Notes: generated by a model from the sequence alone, not told the origin. A DNA stretch of 64,000 nucleotides from an uncultured bacterium (GCA_905215385.1 CAJMPY010000006.1:5292-69291); one strand, 5' to 3'. Shown: positions 10,384-21,035, counted from the first letter of the stretch. Made by a program: numbers and translations.

Positions 10384-10851
10384 ATGAAGATCGGTATCGG
10401 TAACGACCACGCCGCCGTCGAGCTCAAGAACATCATTTCCGAGCACCTGAAGGAGCGCGGCTGCGAGGTCGTGAACTTTGGCACCGACACCTCCGAGAGC
10501 TTTGACTACCCCATCGCCGGCTACAAGGTGGGTAAGGCCGTTGCCAACGGCGACGTCGACCTGGGCATCCTGATCTGCGGTACCGGCGTCGGGATCAGCC
10601 TGGCTGCCAACAAGGTCGAGGGCGTACGCGCCGTCGTGTGCTCCGAGCCCTTCAGCGCCAAGCTCTCCCGCATGCACAACAACACCAACGTGCTCGCCTT
10701 TGGCGCCCGCGTCGTTGGCTCCGAGCTCGCCAAGATGATCGTCGACGAGTGGCTCGACGCCGAGTTTGAGGGCGGCCGTCACGAGCGTCGCGTTAACCTC
10801 CTCAACGAGATCGACCACACGCGCGGCCTTAAGATCGTCGACGAGGCCTAA
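10384..10851 (+). CDS. rpiB: ribose-5-phosphate isomerase B
   Basis: MKIGIGNDHAAVELK...ICGTGVGISLAANK motifs; true ATG at 10384 inside the longer ORF 10036..10851. Confidence 0.85.
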   Translation: MKIGIGNDHAAVELKNIISEHLKERGCEVVNFGTDTSESFDYPIAGYKVGKAVANGDVDLGILICGTGVGISLAANKVEGVRAVVCSEPFSAKLSRMHNNTNVLAFGARVVGSELAKMIVDEWLDAEFEGGRHERRVNLLNEIDHTRGLKIVDEA

Positions 10852-10961
10852 AGATTCACAAAGCCATACGACGCTAACGCCAGCCCCCGCCCGGAAGAAA
10901 CATCCGGACGGGGGCTCTTTAGTAGATTTGTGGGGGTTTACCAAAAGTCTACTGGAATAAA

Positions 10962-10992
10962 AAGGGCGCCGCGGATGAAGTTCCGCGGCGCC
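10962..10992 (-). terminator. rho-independent terminator downstream of ndk
   Basis: gggcgccgcgga-tgaagt-tccgcggcgccc perfect hairpin followed by a T-run on the minus strand. Confidence 0.5.
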
Positions 10993-11031
10993 CAAGCCAC
11001 ACGCTAACAGCTTTAAGGAGTCAAAGCTGGT

Positions 11032-11436
11032 TTAGCCAAAAAAGCGCTTGATCTCGATCTCGGCGTTCTCCAGGCAGTCGGAGCCGTGGATCACGTTGGC
11101 GTTGACATCGACAGCAAAGTCGCCGCGAATGGTGCCGGGGGCAGCATCAAGCGGGTTGGTGGCGCCCATAAGGGTGCGCATCTTGGAGACAGCGGAGAGG
11201 CCGGAAACGACCATCTTGACGACCGGACCGCTCGTCATAAAGTCGCAGAGACCGCCAAAGAAGGGCTTGTCGGCCAGATGGGCGTAGTGCTCCTCGACGG
11301 TAGCGCGCTCGAGCGTGGTCATCTCCATGCGCTCGATGACAAGGCCGCTGCGCTCAATACGAGCAACGATCTCGCCGATCTTGCGGTCGCGCACGGCGTC
11401 GGGCTTAATCATGATGAAGGTCTTCTCGATAGCCAT
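11032..11436 (-). CDS. ndk: nucleoside diphosphate kinase
   Basis: MAIEKTFIMIKPDAV...NVIHGSD motifs; 134 aa. Confidence 0.9.
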   Translation of the reverse strand: MAIEKTFIMIKPDAVRDRKIGEIVARIERSGLVIERMEMTTLERATVEEHYAHLADKPFFGGLCDFMTSGPVVKMVVSGLSAVSKMRTLMGATNPLDAAPGTIRGDFAVDVNANVIHGSDCLENAEIEIKRFFG

Positions 11437-11820
11437 AAGGTAGCCTTTCAAGTAGGTTCGCGCGTGCCCAAGTCCCATTCCGGCACCCGCCTGGACTGCA
11501 TCGTAACAGAGTTTTAGCTGCAGTTAAACAAAAAGCTGTTTATTGAAACGCTGCAATTTATTAAAGCGCTCCATATGTGTCGCTTCTGTTTCGAAGCCCG
11601 ATTAGAGTACCATCCGACCGCTCATCAACCACATCGAACAGAGCGGGCGGTCGGTTGCCACCCGCGAACGTACCCCCTTCACAACCTGCCCAAAGGTCCT
11701 ACAGAAGTTCTCGACAAGCCCCTCCCCCATAGCAGCAAAATAGGGGCGCCCGCATCAGCAGACGCCCGTAAAGCAAAAACGATTTATCAATAAATGGACA
11801 ATACGTCTTCAGCCAAACCT

Positions 11821-13251
11821 CTACTTTGCCCCGTGACCCATCTCGACAACCTTGGTCAGCGATCCAAACACGCCCTCGTCGGCCACGAGCTGCGCCTCGG
11901 CACGCTGCAGCTGCACGGCAACGGCGGCAGGAGCGGTGCCGCCCTCGGTCGTGCGCGCGGCGACAATCGACGGGATGTCGAGCGCCTCGGTAATATCGCG
12001 CTCAAAGAGCGGGCTTGCCTCCTGGAACACCTCAAACGGCAGGTCCTCAAGATTGCAGCCGCGCTTCTCGCACATCAGGACTAGATGGCCCACCACGGCG
12101 TGCGCCTCGCGGAACGGCAGACCGCGCTTAGCCAGGTAGTCGGCAACGTCGGTGGCGGCAAGGTGACCCACGCCGCACTCGCGCGCCATGGCGCCCTCGT
12201 TGACGGTCCAGGTCGATATCATGCCGGCCATAACCGACAGGCACTGCATGAGCGTATGGGCGGTATCGAGCGCGCCCTCCTTGTCCTCCTGCAGGTCCTT
12301 GTTATAGGCAAGCGGCAGTCCTTTCATGGTCACGAGCAGCTGCACCAGGTTGCCATAGACTCGACCGCTCTTGCCGCGGATAAGCTCGGCAAAGTCGGGG
12401 TTTTTCTTCTGCGGCATGATGGACGAGCCGGTGGAGTACGAGTCGGAAAGCGTGATGAAACCGAACTCGGAGCTCGACCACAGCACGATCTCCTCGGAAA
12501 GACGCGACAGGTGCATGGCCATGACGGAGCCGGCGTAATGCAAATCGAGCAGGAAATCACGGTCGGAAACCGCATCGAGCGAGTTGGGAATCACACCCGC
12601 AAAGCCAAGTTCGGCAGCCGTCATCTGGCGATCGAGCGGATAGCTCGTGCCGGCAAGCGCGGCAGCACCCAGCGGGCAGTTATCGGCGGCATCGAAGGCG
12701 GCCTTCAGACGCGTAAAATCGCGCGCGAACATCCAGGAGTACGCCAGCAGGTGGTGCGAGAGCAGCACGGGCTGAGCATGCTGCATGTGCGTATAACCCG
12801 GCAGGATAACCCTGTCATACTTCTTGGCGGCATCCATCAGCACGTGGCGCAACTGCAGGTTGGCCTCCATGAGCTCCTTGGCAAGCGCCTTGACGCCCAG
12901 TCGCGTGTCGGTCGCCACCTGGTCGTTGCGCGAACGCCCGGTATGCAAGCGCTTACCGGCCTCGCCGATGCGGCGCGTCAGCTCGCTCTCGATGGACATA
13001 TGAATGTCCTCGTCGTTGATGTCGAAGGTAAAGTTGCCGGCATCGATATCCTGCTCGATTCCGGTCAGGCCCTCGGCAATCGCCTGCTCATCCTCGGCAC
13101 TAATGATGCCCCGGGCGGCCAGCATCTTGGCATGTGCCTTGGAGCCGGCAATATCTTGCTTATAGAGATGCTTGTCGACCGGCAGCGACGCACCGAACTC
13201 CTGCGTGACCTCGGCCACGCCCGCCTCAAAACGACCACCCCAAAGAGCCAT
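11821..13251 (-). CDS. argH: argininosuccinate lyase
   Basis: MALWGGRF start and fumarase/ASL signature GSSIMPQKKNPD. Confidence 0.9.
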   Translation of the reverse strand: MALWGGRFEAGVAEVTQEFGASLPVDKHLYKQDIAGSKAHAKMLAARGIISAEDEQAIAEGLTGIEQDIDAGNFTFDINDEDIHMSIESELTRRIGEAGKRLHTGRSRNDQVATDTRLGVKALAKELMEANLQLRHVLMDAAKKYDRVILPGYTHMQHAQPVLLSHHLLAYSWMFARDFTRLKAAFDAADNCPLGAAALAGTSYPLDRQMTAAELGFAGVIPNSLDAVSDRDFLLDLHYAGSVMAMHLSRLSEEIVLWSSSEFGFITLSDSYSTGSSIMPQKKNPDFAELIRGKSGRVYGNLVQLLVTMKGLPLAYNKDLQEDKEGALDTAHTLMQCLSVMAGMISTWTVNEGAMARECGVGHLAATDVADYLAKRGLPFREAHAVVGHLVLMCEKRGCNLEDLPFEVFQEASPLFERDITEALDIPSIVAARTTEGGTAPAAVAVQLQRAEAQLVADEGVFGSLTKVVEMGHGAK

Positions 13252-13773
13252 GGGACCGTCCCCTTTCATCAAATACCAAACCAAGCGCCCAATGCAATGC
13301 GCCCTGTCGCTAAAGCGATTTATCAACTGCTAGTTTTGCACATCCCCCGCCGCACGCGGGGCCATGTAGCTAATTTGCAAAGAAGTGACGCACCATGCAC
13401 TTGGCGCCCAACGTCTCCCTCCGGATGTTGCCCTGCGAACCATCGATCCAGGCCTTCAGGCTCATAGGGACGTCCTCGACCTTTGCAGCATCAAACTCGG
13501 GCGCGAGGGCAAGTAAGGCATGCACGATAGCACTGAACATAATGGATACTCCTCATATATATAGACGCAGAGCCGCCAAATTGATAGAAAGAGCCCCGCC
13601 GGACAACCCCGGCGGGGCTCGGACTCAGCCGCAGACGCGGCATCATATATGCGGGCGGAACGTAGGGGCCACCGATGTTAAGAAGTGTCAGCAAGCATAA
13701 CGAAAGGTAGGGACCCCGTGCGCCCGATATGTATCACGCGGATGGGCCGCGCGGATACCAAGGGAAGGAGGCG

Positions 13774-15000
13774 CTAGGCCTGGGCGGCGGCGGAGCTGGG
13801 ACCCTGAACCTTTGCCCACGTCTTGAGCGACAGCGTATCGATCTCGATAAAGCCGGCGCTGGCCTTCTCGTCAAACGTGGTGTCGCGGTCGTAGGTAGCC
13901 AGGCCGTAGTCATACAGGCTAAACGGGCTCTTGCGGCCGACGACATGGCAGTTGCCCTTAAAGAACTTCAGGCGGACGGTGCCGGTCACGAACTTCTGGG
14001 TGTCGGCCATAAAGGCGTCGAGCGCGTTTTTGAGCGGGCTGTACCACTGGCCGTTGTACACGGCGGTCGCCCAATCCTGCTCGAGCTTAATCTTGGTCTT
14101 GAGCAAGTCGCCCTCGACGCAAATGTCCTCGAGCGCCTTGTGGGCGGTGATGAGCGTCAGGGCGCCGGGAACCTCGTAGCACTCGCGGCTTTTGAGGCCC
14201 ACCAGACGATCCTCGACCAGGTCCAGGCGACCAAAGCCGTTGTCGCCCGAAATCTTGTTGAGGGCGATGACGATCTCGGAGAGCTTCATCTTCTTGCCGT
14301 CGACGGCGACGGGCTTGCCGGCCTCAAACTCAATCTCGGTATAGGTCGGGGTGTCGGGCGTATCCTCGGGGTTCTTGGTCATAACCCAGGCGTCGTCGAG
14401 CGGCTCGTTCCAGGGATCCTCCAGGTGACCGCACTCAATGGCGCGACCCCACAGGTTGTCGTCGATGGAATAGGGGTTGTCGTTGGCACCTTCGGGAACC
14501 GGCACGTTGTGGGCGTGGGCGTAGGCGACCTCGTCCGGACGGCACTTCAGATCCCACTCGCGAACCGGGGCGATAACCTTGAGCTCGGGGTCGAGCGCCT
14601 TGACAGCGGCCTCAAAACGGACCTGGTCGTTACCTTTGCCGGTGCAGCCGTGGGCGACGTAGGTCGCGCCAAACTCGTGAGCAACCTCGACGAGCTTCTT
14701 GGCGAGCAGCGGGCGGGACAGGGCGGAGAGCAGCGGGTACTTGTTCTCGTACATGGAGTTGGCCGCGATGGCCTTGGTCAGGAACTCATCGGAGAACTCG
14801 TCGCGCAAGTCGAGCACCTGACAATCCAGAACGCCCAGGTCGAGCGCCTTCTGCTTCTTGGCATCCAGGCCGGTCTCCTCCTGGCCCACGTTACCGCAGA
14901 CGCAAACGACATCAAGATTCTTCTCGTCCTGAAGCCACTTGACACATACGGATGTATCAAGACCACCGGAATATGCGAGAACGACTTTTTCCTTGCTCAT
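13774..15000 (-). CDS. argG: argininosuccinate synthase
   Basis: AYSGGLDTS PP-loop motif, 408 aa, ATG at 15000. Confidence 0.9.
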   Translation of the reverse strand: MSKEKVVLAYSGGLDTSVCVKWLQDEKNLDVVCVCGNVGQEETGLDAKKQKALDLGVLDCQVLDLRDEFSDEFLTKAIAANSMYENKYPLLSALSRPLLAKKLVEVAHEFGATYVAHGCTGKGNDQVRFEAAVKALDPELKVIAPVREWDLKCRPDEVAYAHAHNVPVPEGANDNPYSIDDNLWGRAIECGHLEDPWNEPLDDAWVMTKNPEDTPDTPTYTEIEFEAGKPVAVDGKKMKLSEIVIALNKISGDNGFGRLDLVEDRLVGLKSRECYEVPGALTLITAHKALEDICVEGDLLKTKIKLEQDWATAVYNGQWYSPLKNALDAFMADTQKFVTGTVRLKFFKGNCHVVGRKSPFSLYDYGLATYDRDTTFDEKASAGFIEIDTLSLKTWAKVQGPSSAAAQA

Positions 15001-15553
15001 GGCTGTTTCCTTTCGCCCTTGGTAGCTAGTTAGAACATCGGTCAGTTGCAAGTCATTTCGAGGTCAAAAACCGTGCAATATCAGGTTAAATAGCAAAAAG
15101 CAGCACAACATGCCCTAGAAACATGCGTCTATGTCGTGCTAAAACCCAACGACCTCAAAATGACTCTGTTGGGGCATTTAGCCCCATACGGACAGAGACG
15201 ATTGTTATCGTCGTCGGGAAATTGCGCGCTGGCGTCGGATGGCATTGTCTGCAGTAGTGATGATCTTTACGAACTGCATCTGCCTCTCCTTTCACCTACC
15301 GCCGGGCGCAATTCTAATATCGTAAACGGTACCTTTTCCTCGGTAAGCGGTTGTTTTTCCGTCTCCGTTTTCGATGGTCGCTATATTACGCTAAAGTGCC
15401 TACAGCGCAAGCGACAAATTCAAATTTCTGAAATTTTTTTTCATTACTTTGTGAAGCGTGGTGCAAATACGCCCCGTTCCTGCGACAATACGCTCGGTTA
15501 CTGGTTGATGATTATAACGTCTGAAACAATTTTGAAACGAAAGGCGCGCTTTT

Positions 15554-16381
15554 ATGCAAACTTACGAATCGGACACCAATATTGGAAGCATTAAGATTCT
15601 CGCCGTTGATATGGACAAGACGCTTCTCACCGACGAGCGCGTGTTGCCGCAGGGTCTTGATGAGCGCCTAGACAAGCTCGCCGAGGCTGGCATCGTGTTC
15701 TGCCCCGCCAGCGGACGCCCCGCCCCAAAACTCGAAGAAATGTTCGAGAGCATTAAGAACCGCCTTGCTTTTTGCCCCGACAATGGAGCCTGCGTTATCT
15801 ACCGCGGCAACTATATCTATAAGAGCAACATCGATGTGGCGCTGTATCAGCAGGTGCTCGCTCGTGCCTCGGAGGACCCGCGCGCCGTTCCCGTCCTGTG
15901 CTGCTACGACGAGTTCTATGTGCTCGCCCGCGACCATCAGTACCACGACGAGATCAGCGTCTACTACAACACGATCAACTACGTCGACAGCTTTGAGGGC
16001 ATTGATCTCGAGTCCAACAAGATTTCGATCTTCTTCCCCGACTATGATGCTGAGCCCGCATTTCGCGAGGACTATAACCCCGCATTCTCGGACAAGCTCT
16101 ATGTCACCAATGCCGGTCGCGAGTGGATCGACTTTATGAACCTGGGCGTCGACAAGGGCGCCGGCGTCGCGCACCTGTGCGAGCACCTGGGCATCGATAT
16201 TGCCGATGCTGCCGCCGTGGGCGACACCTACAACGACATCCCCATGCTGGAGCGCGTCGGTCACAGCTTTATCGTGGACAATGCCGAGGAGCACATGAAC
16301 GCGCACGCCAAGTGGCGCATTCCGAGCAACAACGACGGGGGCGTACTGACGCTCATCGACGCCATCTTGGCGGCTCGGTAA
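15554..16381 (+). CDS. Cof-type HAD-IIB family hydrolase (second copy)
   Basis: VDMDKTLL N-terminal motif and GDTYNDIPM C-terminal motif. Confidence 0.75.
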   Translation: MQTYESDTNIGSIKILAVDMDKTLLTDERVLPQGLDERLDKLAEAGIVFCPASGRPAPKLEEMFESIKNRLAFCPDNGACVIYRGNYIYKSNIDVALYQQVLARASEDPRAVPVLCCYDEFYVLARDHQYHDEISVYYNTINYVDSFEGIDLESNKISIFFPDYDAEPAFREDYNPAFSDKLYVTNAGREWIDFMNLGVDKGAGVAHLCEHLGIDIADAAAVGDTYNDIPMLERVGHSFIVDNAEEHMNAHAKWRIPSNNDGGVLTLIDAILAAR

Positions 16382-16392
16382 CGTGGCTCGTC

Positions 16393-16522
16393 GGACCTGG
16401 CCGGGCGGCGCGGATTAGTTTTTCGTTCGGTCAGGTCCTGGGCTCGCTCGGAAAGCACATTAAGTGCTTTCCGGCTCGTGCGGAATCTACGAAAAACTAA
16501 TCCGCGCCGCCCGGCCAGGTCC
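16393..16522. repeat. 33-bp perfect inverted repeat (arms 16393-16425 and 16490-16522) flanking a 64-bp spacer that contains a nested 9-bp palindrome
   Basis: ggacctggccgggcggcgcggattagtttttcg / cgaaaaactaatccgcgccgcccggccaggtcc; inner ggaaagcac-atta-agtgctttcc. Confidence 0.6.
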
Positions 16523-16590
16523 TAGGTTTACTTTCCTGCCGCCAAGATGGCGTCTTGAGTGTCTAGATACTTAGCTGAAATGATTTGAGC

Positions 16591-16630
16591 AGAGGGGAGC
16601 CCCTTGTTGGAAGGGGCTCCCCTCTGTTTT
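16591..16630 (+). terminator. strong rho-independent terminator (15-bp stem, loop gttgg, T-run)
   Basis: agaggggagcccctt gttgg aaggggctcccctct gtttt. Confidence 0.6.
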
Positions 16631-16726
16631 GGTTACTGTGGGACAAATTAATCAGTAGTGTTTGTCCCAAATCTTAAGTATGTGGGGGCTTGCGTCTTGG
16701 GCGAGCTTGCCTTACGGAGTGCTTCC

Positions 16727-19471
16727 CTATTTCGCGTCGGCCCAGGTTATGCCGGTGCTGGCTTCGGCGATCAACGGTACGCGGAGGTCTACTACGTGTT
16801 CCATGACGTCGCGGACCATGGCGGTGAGGCGCTCGACTTCATCGACGGGGCACTCAAAGTCCAGTTCGTCGTGTACCTGCAGGATCATGTGGGCGGCAAA
16901 GCCTTCTTCTTCCAAGCGACGGCTTACGCGGGCCATGGCGATCTTGATGATGTCGGCGGCGGTGCCCTGCATGGGGTGGTTCATGGCCGTGCGCTCACCA
17001 AAGCCGCGGAGCTGTGGGTTTTTGGCCTTGAGCTCGGGAATATGGCGTCTGCGGCCATACATGGTCTCGGCATAGCCCGTCCGCTTGGCTCGCGCCACCA
17101 CATTGTCGAGGAACGTGCGCACGCCCGGGTAGGCCTCGTAGTAGCGATCGATCATATCGCGCGCCTCGGCCATCGAGATGTGCAGCGACTGCGACAGACC
17201 ATAGGCCTGCTGACCGTACACGATGCCAAAGTTCACGGCCTTGGCGCGGCTACGCAGGTCGGGTGTCACCTCGGACACCGGCACGCCAAATACGCGCGCG
17301 GCCGTCTCGGCATGGAAGTCCTCGCCCTCGTTGAAGGCGCGCACCAGGTGCTCGTCACCCGAAAGATGCGCGAGCAGGCGCAGCTCGATCTGCGAGTAGT
17401 CCACCGCCAAAAAGACGCTGCCCTCGCCCGCCGAGAACGCCGTCTTGACGGTACGCCCCAGCTCCGAGCGCGTCGGAATGTTTTGCAGATTGGGGTCGCT
17501 CGAAGACAAACGCCCCGTCGCGGTGATGGTCTGGTTGTACGTGGTGTGCACACGCCCGTCACCACGGCGCAGCGGACCCAGCGTATCCAGATAGGTGGAC
17601 TTGATCTTGGACTTCTCACGCCAGTCCAAAATAAGGCGCACGATCTCGTGGTCGCGGGCAAGGTCGCTCAGCACCTTGGCGTTGGTCGAATAATAGCCGC
17701 GCTTGGTCTTTTTGAGGCCCTTGGTCGGAAGCCCCATAACATCAAACAGCACGTGCGAGAGCTGCATGGGGCTGCCGATGTTAAAGGTCTCGTCGCCTGC
17801 CAGGTCACGAATGCTGCGCTCGACCTCGGCAATCTGGGTCGCCAGGCCCTCGGACAGACTGCGCAGCCGATCGGGATCCACGAGCATGCCCGCGCGCTCC
17901 ATCTTGGCAAGCACCGGCACAAGCGGCATCTCGATGCCATCGAACACGTTGGCGGCGTTCTCGCGGGCCATGCGGTCGCGCAGCGGTGCGACCAGCGCCA
18001 GCGTCAAGGCCGCCGTGCAAGCGGCGGGCGCTGGAGCGTCCTCACCGGCACCCTCTGCACCGCGCGCCGCAGGCAGCGCCATCTGCAGATAGGTATCGGC
18101 AAGATATGCCTCATCGAACTCGGAGCGATCGGAATCCAGCAGATAGGCAGCGACCACGGTATCGAAAATACGCGTGGAATCGGCAGCGAGCGGATCCATG
18201 AGCTCGGGCTCAGAAGAATCAATGGGCGAAAGCTCGTGCAACAGCACCTTCATATCCGGGCTCGCCACACGGCCTTCCATAAACAGACGCGCGAGCACGC
18301 CGGCAATCACGCCGTGGGCGAAGTTGAAGCCCTCAACCTCAGCCGCCGCACCGCTGTCGCCCTCCTCGAGCGCAAACAGGCCCTTGGACGTCGCCAACCA
18401 CAGCGTGCGCGTCAGCCCAAAGAGCGCGCCCTCTTCCTTGTCATCGTCCACAACGGCGGCGACCCACTCGCCGGCATCAATCACGCGGGAGACCTCAGCC
18501 GCAACGGCACCAAGCGCGCCAGCATCGCCGGCGGCTGCGCGCAAAACGGCGGGAATCTCAAACGTGCTGGCAGCAGCGCCACCCTCGTCACCGATCAGTG
18601 CCAAGAAACGGTTCTGCATGGCGGTGATACCAAGCGTACCCAGCGCCGCGGAAACCTCATCGGCAGAAAACGCCGGGAAGGATGTTTCGTCAAAGTCGAG
18701 CTCGACGGGCGCATCGGTGCGGATGGTCGCCACCTTACGGCTCAGCAGCGCGTCGTCGATGTGTGCGCGCAGGTTTTCGCCCATCTTGCCCTTGACCTCG
18801 TCGGCGTGTGCGATGACCTCGTCCAGGCTACCGTACTGCGCAATGAGCGCGCTCGCCTTTTTGGGGCCGATGCCCGGCACGCCGGGGATGTTATCGGACG
18901 TGTCGCCCTTCAGACCATAAAAGTCGGGCACGAGCGCCGGCGTAATGCCGTGATACAGGTCGTCCACGCTCTCGGGCGTCATAATCGCCACGTCGGACAG
19001 GCCCTTGCGGGTCGAGACCACGTTGACGTGCTCGGTCACGAGCTGATACATGTCGCGGTCGCCGGTCACCAGCAGCATGTCGCAGCCGGCTTCCTCACCC
19101 AGGCGCGCCATGGTGCCCAGGATATCGTCGCCCTCCCAGCCCTCGGACTGCAAAATCGGCACGTTGAGTGCGGCGAGCAGCTCCTTAATCATGGGGAACT
19201 GCGCGTGCAGGTCGGGGTCCATGGGCGGGCGCTGCGCCTTATACTGCGGCAGCATCTCCATGCGCACGCGCGGCTTGCCCTTATCAAATGCCACGACCAC
19301 ACCATCGGGGTTAAAGGCGTCGATCATCTTGAGAAACATGTTCAGAAAGCCAAAAATCGCGTTGGTGGGGCGACCGTCCGGCGCATTCATGGTCGGCGGC
19401 ACGGCGTGGAAGGCGCGATGCATGAGCGAGTTGCCGTCGATAACGGCAAAGGTGCGGCGCTTTTCAGACAT
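16727..19471 (-). CDS. polA: DNA polymerase I
   Basis: 914 aa; 5'-3' exonuclease N-terminus (AVIDGNSLMHRAFHA) and pol A family C-terminal motifs (RRRAKAVNFGIVYG, QVHDEL). Confidence 0.9.
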   Translation of the reverse strand: MSEKRRTFAVIDGNSLMHRAFHAVPPTMNAPDGRPTNAIFGFLNMFLKMIDAFNPDGVVVAFDKGKPRVRMEMLPQYKAQRPPMDPDLHAQFPMIKELLAALNVPILQSEGWEGDDILGTMARLGEEAGCDMLLVTGDRDMYQLVTEHVNVVSTRKGLSDVAIMTPESVDDLYHGITPALVPDFYGLKGDTSDNIPGVPGIGPKKASALIAQYGSLDEVIAHADEVKGKMGENLRAHIDDALLSRKVATIRTDAPVELDFDETSFPAFSADEVSAALGTLGITAMQNRFLALIGDEGGAAASTFEIPAVLRAAAGDAGALGAVAAEVSRVIDAGEWVAAVVDDDKEEGALFGLTRTLWLATSKGLFALEEGDSGAAAEVEGFNFAHGVIAGVLARLFMEGRVASPDMKVLLHELSPIDSSEPELMDPLAADSTRIFDTVVAAYLLDSDRSEFDEAYLADTYLQMALPAARGAEGAGEDAPAPAACTAALTLALVAPLRDRMARENAANVFDGIEMPLVPVLAKMERAGMLVDPDRLRSLSEGLATQIAEVERSIRDLAGDETFNIGSPMQLSHVLFDVMGLPTKGLKKTKRGYYSTNAKVLSDLARDHEIVRLILDWREKSKIKSTYLDTLGPLRRGDGRVHTTYNQTITATGRLSSSDPNLQNIPTRSELGRTVKTAFSAGEGSVFLAVDYSQIELRLLAHLSGDEHLVRAFNEGEDFHAETAARVFGVPVSEVTPDLRSRAKAVNFGIVYGQQAYGLSQSLHISMAEARDMIDRYYEAYPGVRTFLDNVVARAKRTGYAETMYGRRRHIPELKAKNPQLRGFGERTAMNHPMQGTAADIIKIAMARVSRRLEEEGFAAHMILQVHDELDFECPVDEVERLTAMVRDVMEHVVDLRVPLIAEASTGITWADAK

Positions 19472-19637
19472 ATTGAATACCTCGCTTTAGGCTGGGCACG
19501 GTTTGCTCACTCCAGTTTACACGCTCCCCGCCCCGCGGCCACCTCACATCAAGCTCCCCCGCCACCGTGAGCCCGCGCGTGATACGATGGCTCACGGTAC
19601 ATCAACCAGCACGATCGATCCGAAAGGAGCCTGCGTC

Positions 19638-21035
19638 ATGGAGCGTCCCTGCGCATGGAAAAAGTACACGCCACAGCAAATCGAGGAGCTCGAGGAGCTT
19701 TGCCGCGGCTATAAGCAGTTTTTGAGCGAGAACAAGACCGAGCGCCTGTGCGTCAAGACCGGCATCAAGATGGCCGAGGAGGCGGGATACGTCGACCTGG
19801 AGACCGTGATCGCCGAAGGCCGCGAGCTCAAGGCAGGCGACAAGGTGTACGCCGCCAACCACGGCAAGGACCTTATGCTCGTCAACCTGGGCACCGCCCC
19901 GCTCGAGCAGGGCTTTAACATCCTGGGCGCCCACGTGGACTCGCCGCGCCTGGACCTTAAGCAGAATCCCGCCTTCGAGGCCGGCGACATGGCCTACCTC
20001 GACACGCACTACTACGGCGGCGTCAAGAGCTACCACTGGGTAGCCTCCCCGCTCGCACTCGTGGGCGTCATCTGCAAAAAGGACGGTACCACCGTCGACA
20101 TCAATATCGGCGACAAGGCGGACGACCCGGTCTTTACCATCTCCGATCTGCTGATCCACCTCTCGAGCGAGCAGATGTCCAAGCCCGCCAAGGACGCCGT
20201 CGATGCCGAGATCCTCGACGTGATCGTGGGCGGCCGCCCCGTCAAGTTTGACGAGGACGACAAGGACGCCCCCAAGGAGCCCGTCAAGCAAATGTTCCTG
20301 GACATCCTTAAGGAGCAGTACGACGTCGAGGAGGAGGACTTCCTCTCCGCCGAAATCGAGGTCGTGCCCGCCGGCCCCGCCCGCGACATGGGCCTCGACC
20401 GCTCTATGATTCTGGGTTATGGCCATGACGACCGCGTTTGCGCCTACCCCTCCATGCTCGCCCAGATCAACGTGGCAGACGTCGAGCGTACGAGTATCAC
20501 GCTCATCGTCGACAAGGAGGAGATCGGCTCCGTGGGCGCCACCGGCATGACGAGCCGTTTCTTCGAGAACACCGTCGCCGAGATCATGACGCTCGCCGGC
20601 GAGAGCAGCCCGCTGGCCCTGCGCCGCGCACTCGCCCGCAGCCGCATGCTCTCCTCTGACGTGTCCGCCGGCTTTGACCCGGGCTACGCCGGCAAGTTCG
20701 AGACCAAGAACGCCGCCTTTATGGGTCGCGGCCTGTGCTTTAACAAATACACGGGCAGCCGTGGCAAGGGCGGCTCCAACGACGCCGACGCCGAGTACGT
20801 CGCTCTCATCCGCGACATCATGGACGAGGCAGGCGTGGACTTCCAGACCTGCGAGCTCGGCCGCGTCAACGCGGGTGGCGGCGGCACCATCGCCTACATC
20901 ATGGCCGAGTATGGCATGAACGTCATCGACTCCGGCGTTGCCGTCCTGTCCATGCACGCCCTGTGGGAGGTCGCCAACAAGGCCGATATCTACGAGGCCT
21001 ATCGCGGCTACAAGGCCTTCATCGAGCGCGCCTAA
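19638..21035 (+). CDS. M18-family aminopeptidase
   Basis: GAHVDSPRLDLK and GYGHDDRVCAY motifs; GGAG RBS before the ATG at 19638 (ORF track 19503). Confidence 0.75.
   Translation: MERPCAWKKYTPQQIEELEELCRGYKQFLSENKTERLCVKTGIKMAEEAGYVDLETVIAEGRELKAGDKVYAANHGKDLMLVNLGTAPLEQGFNILGAHVDSPRLDLKQNPAFEAGDMAYLDTHYYGGVKSYHWVASPLALVGVICKKDGTTVDINIGDKADDPVFTISDLLIHLSSEQMSKPAKDAVDAEILDVIVGGRPVKFDEDDKDAPKEPVKQMFLDILKEQYDVEEEDFLSAEIEVVPAGPARDMGLDRSMILGYGHDDRVCAYPSMLAQINVADVERTSITLIVDKEEIGSVGATGMTSRFFENTVAEIMTLAGESSPLALRRALARSRMLSSDVSAGFDPGYAGKFETKNAAFMGRGLCFNKYTGSRGKGGSNDADAEYVALIRDIMDEAGVDFQTCELGRVNAGGGGTIAYIMAEYGMNVIDSGVAVLSMHALWEVANKADIYEAYRGYKAFIERA

Noticed and set aside
13491-13694. 67-aa minus ORF in the argG-argH intergenic region
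   Set aside because: No RBS and odd composition. The region instead contains a minus-strand terminator hairpin (about 13585-13615) for argG.
12085-15033. Long plus-strand ORFs 12085-13467 and 13729-15033
   Set aside because: These are mirror frames of argH and argG. The real genes have diagnostic motifs, and these ORFs lack RBS and motifs.
16658-19570. 970-aa plus-strand ORF
   Set aside because: It is fully antisense to polA (16727-19471), which has clear Pol I motifs. The translation is Arg/Gly/Ala/His-rich low-complexity sequence typical of the reverse frame of high-GC genes.
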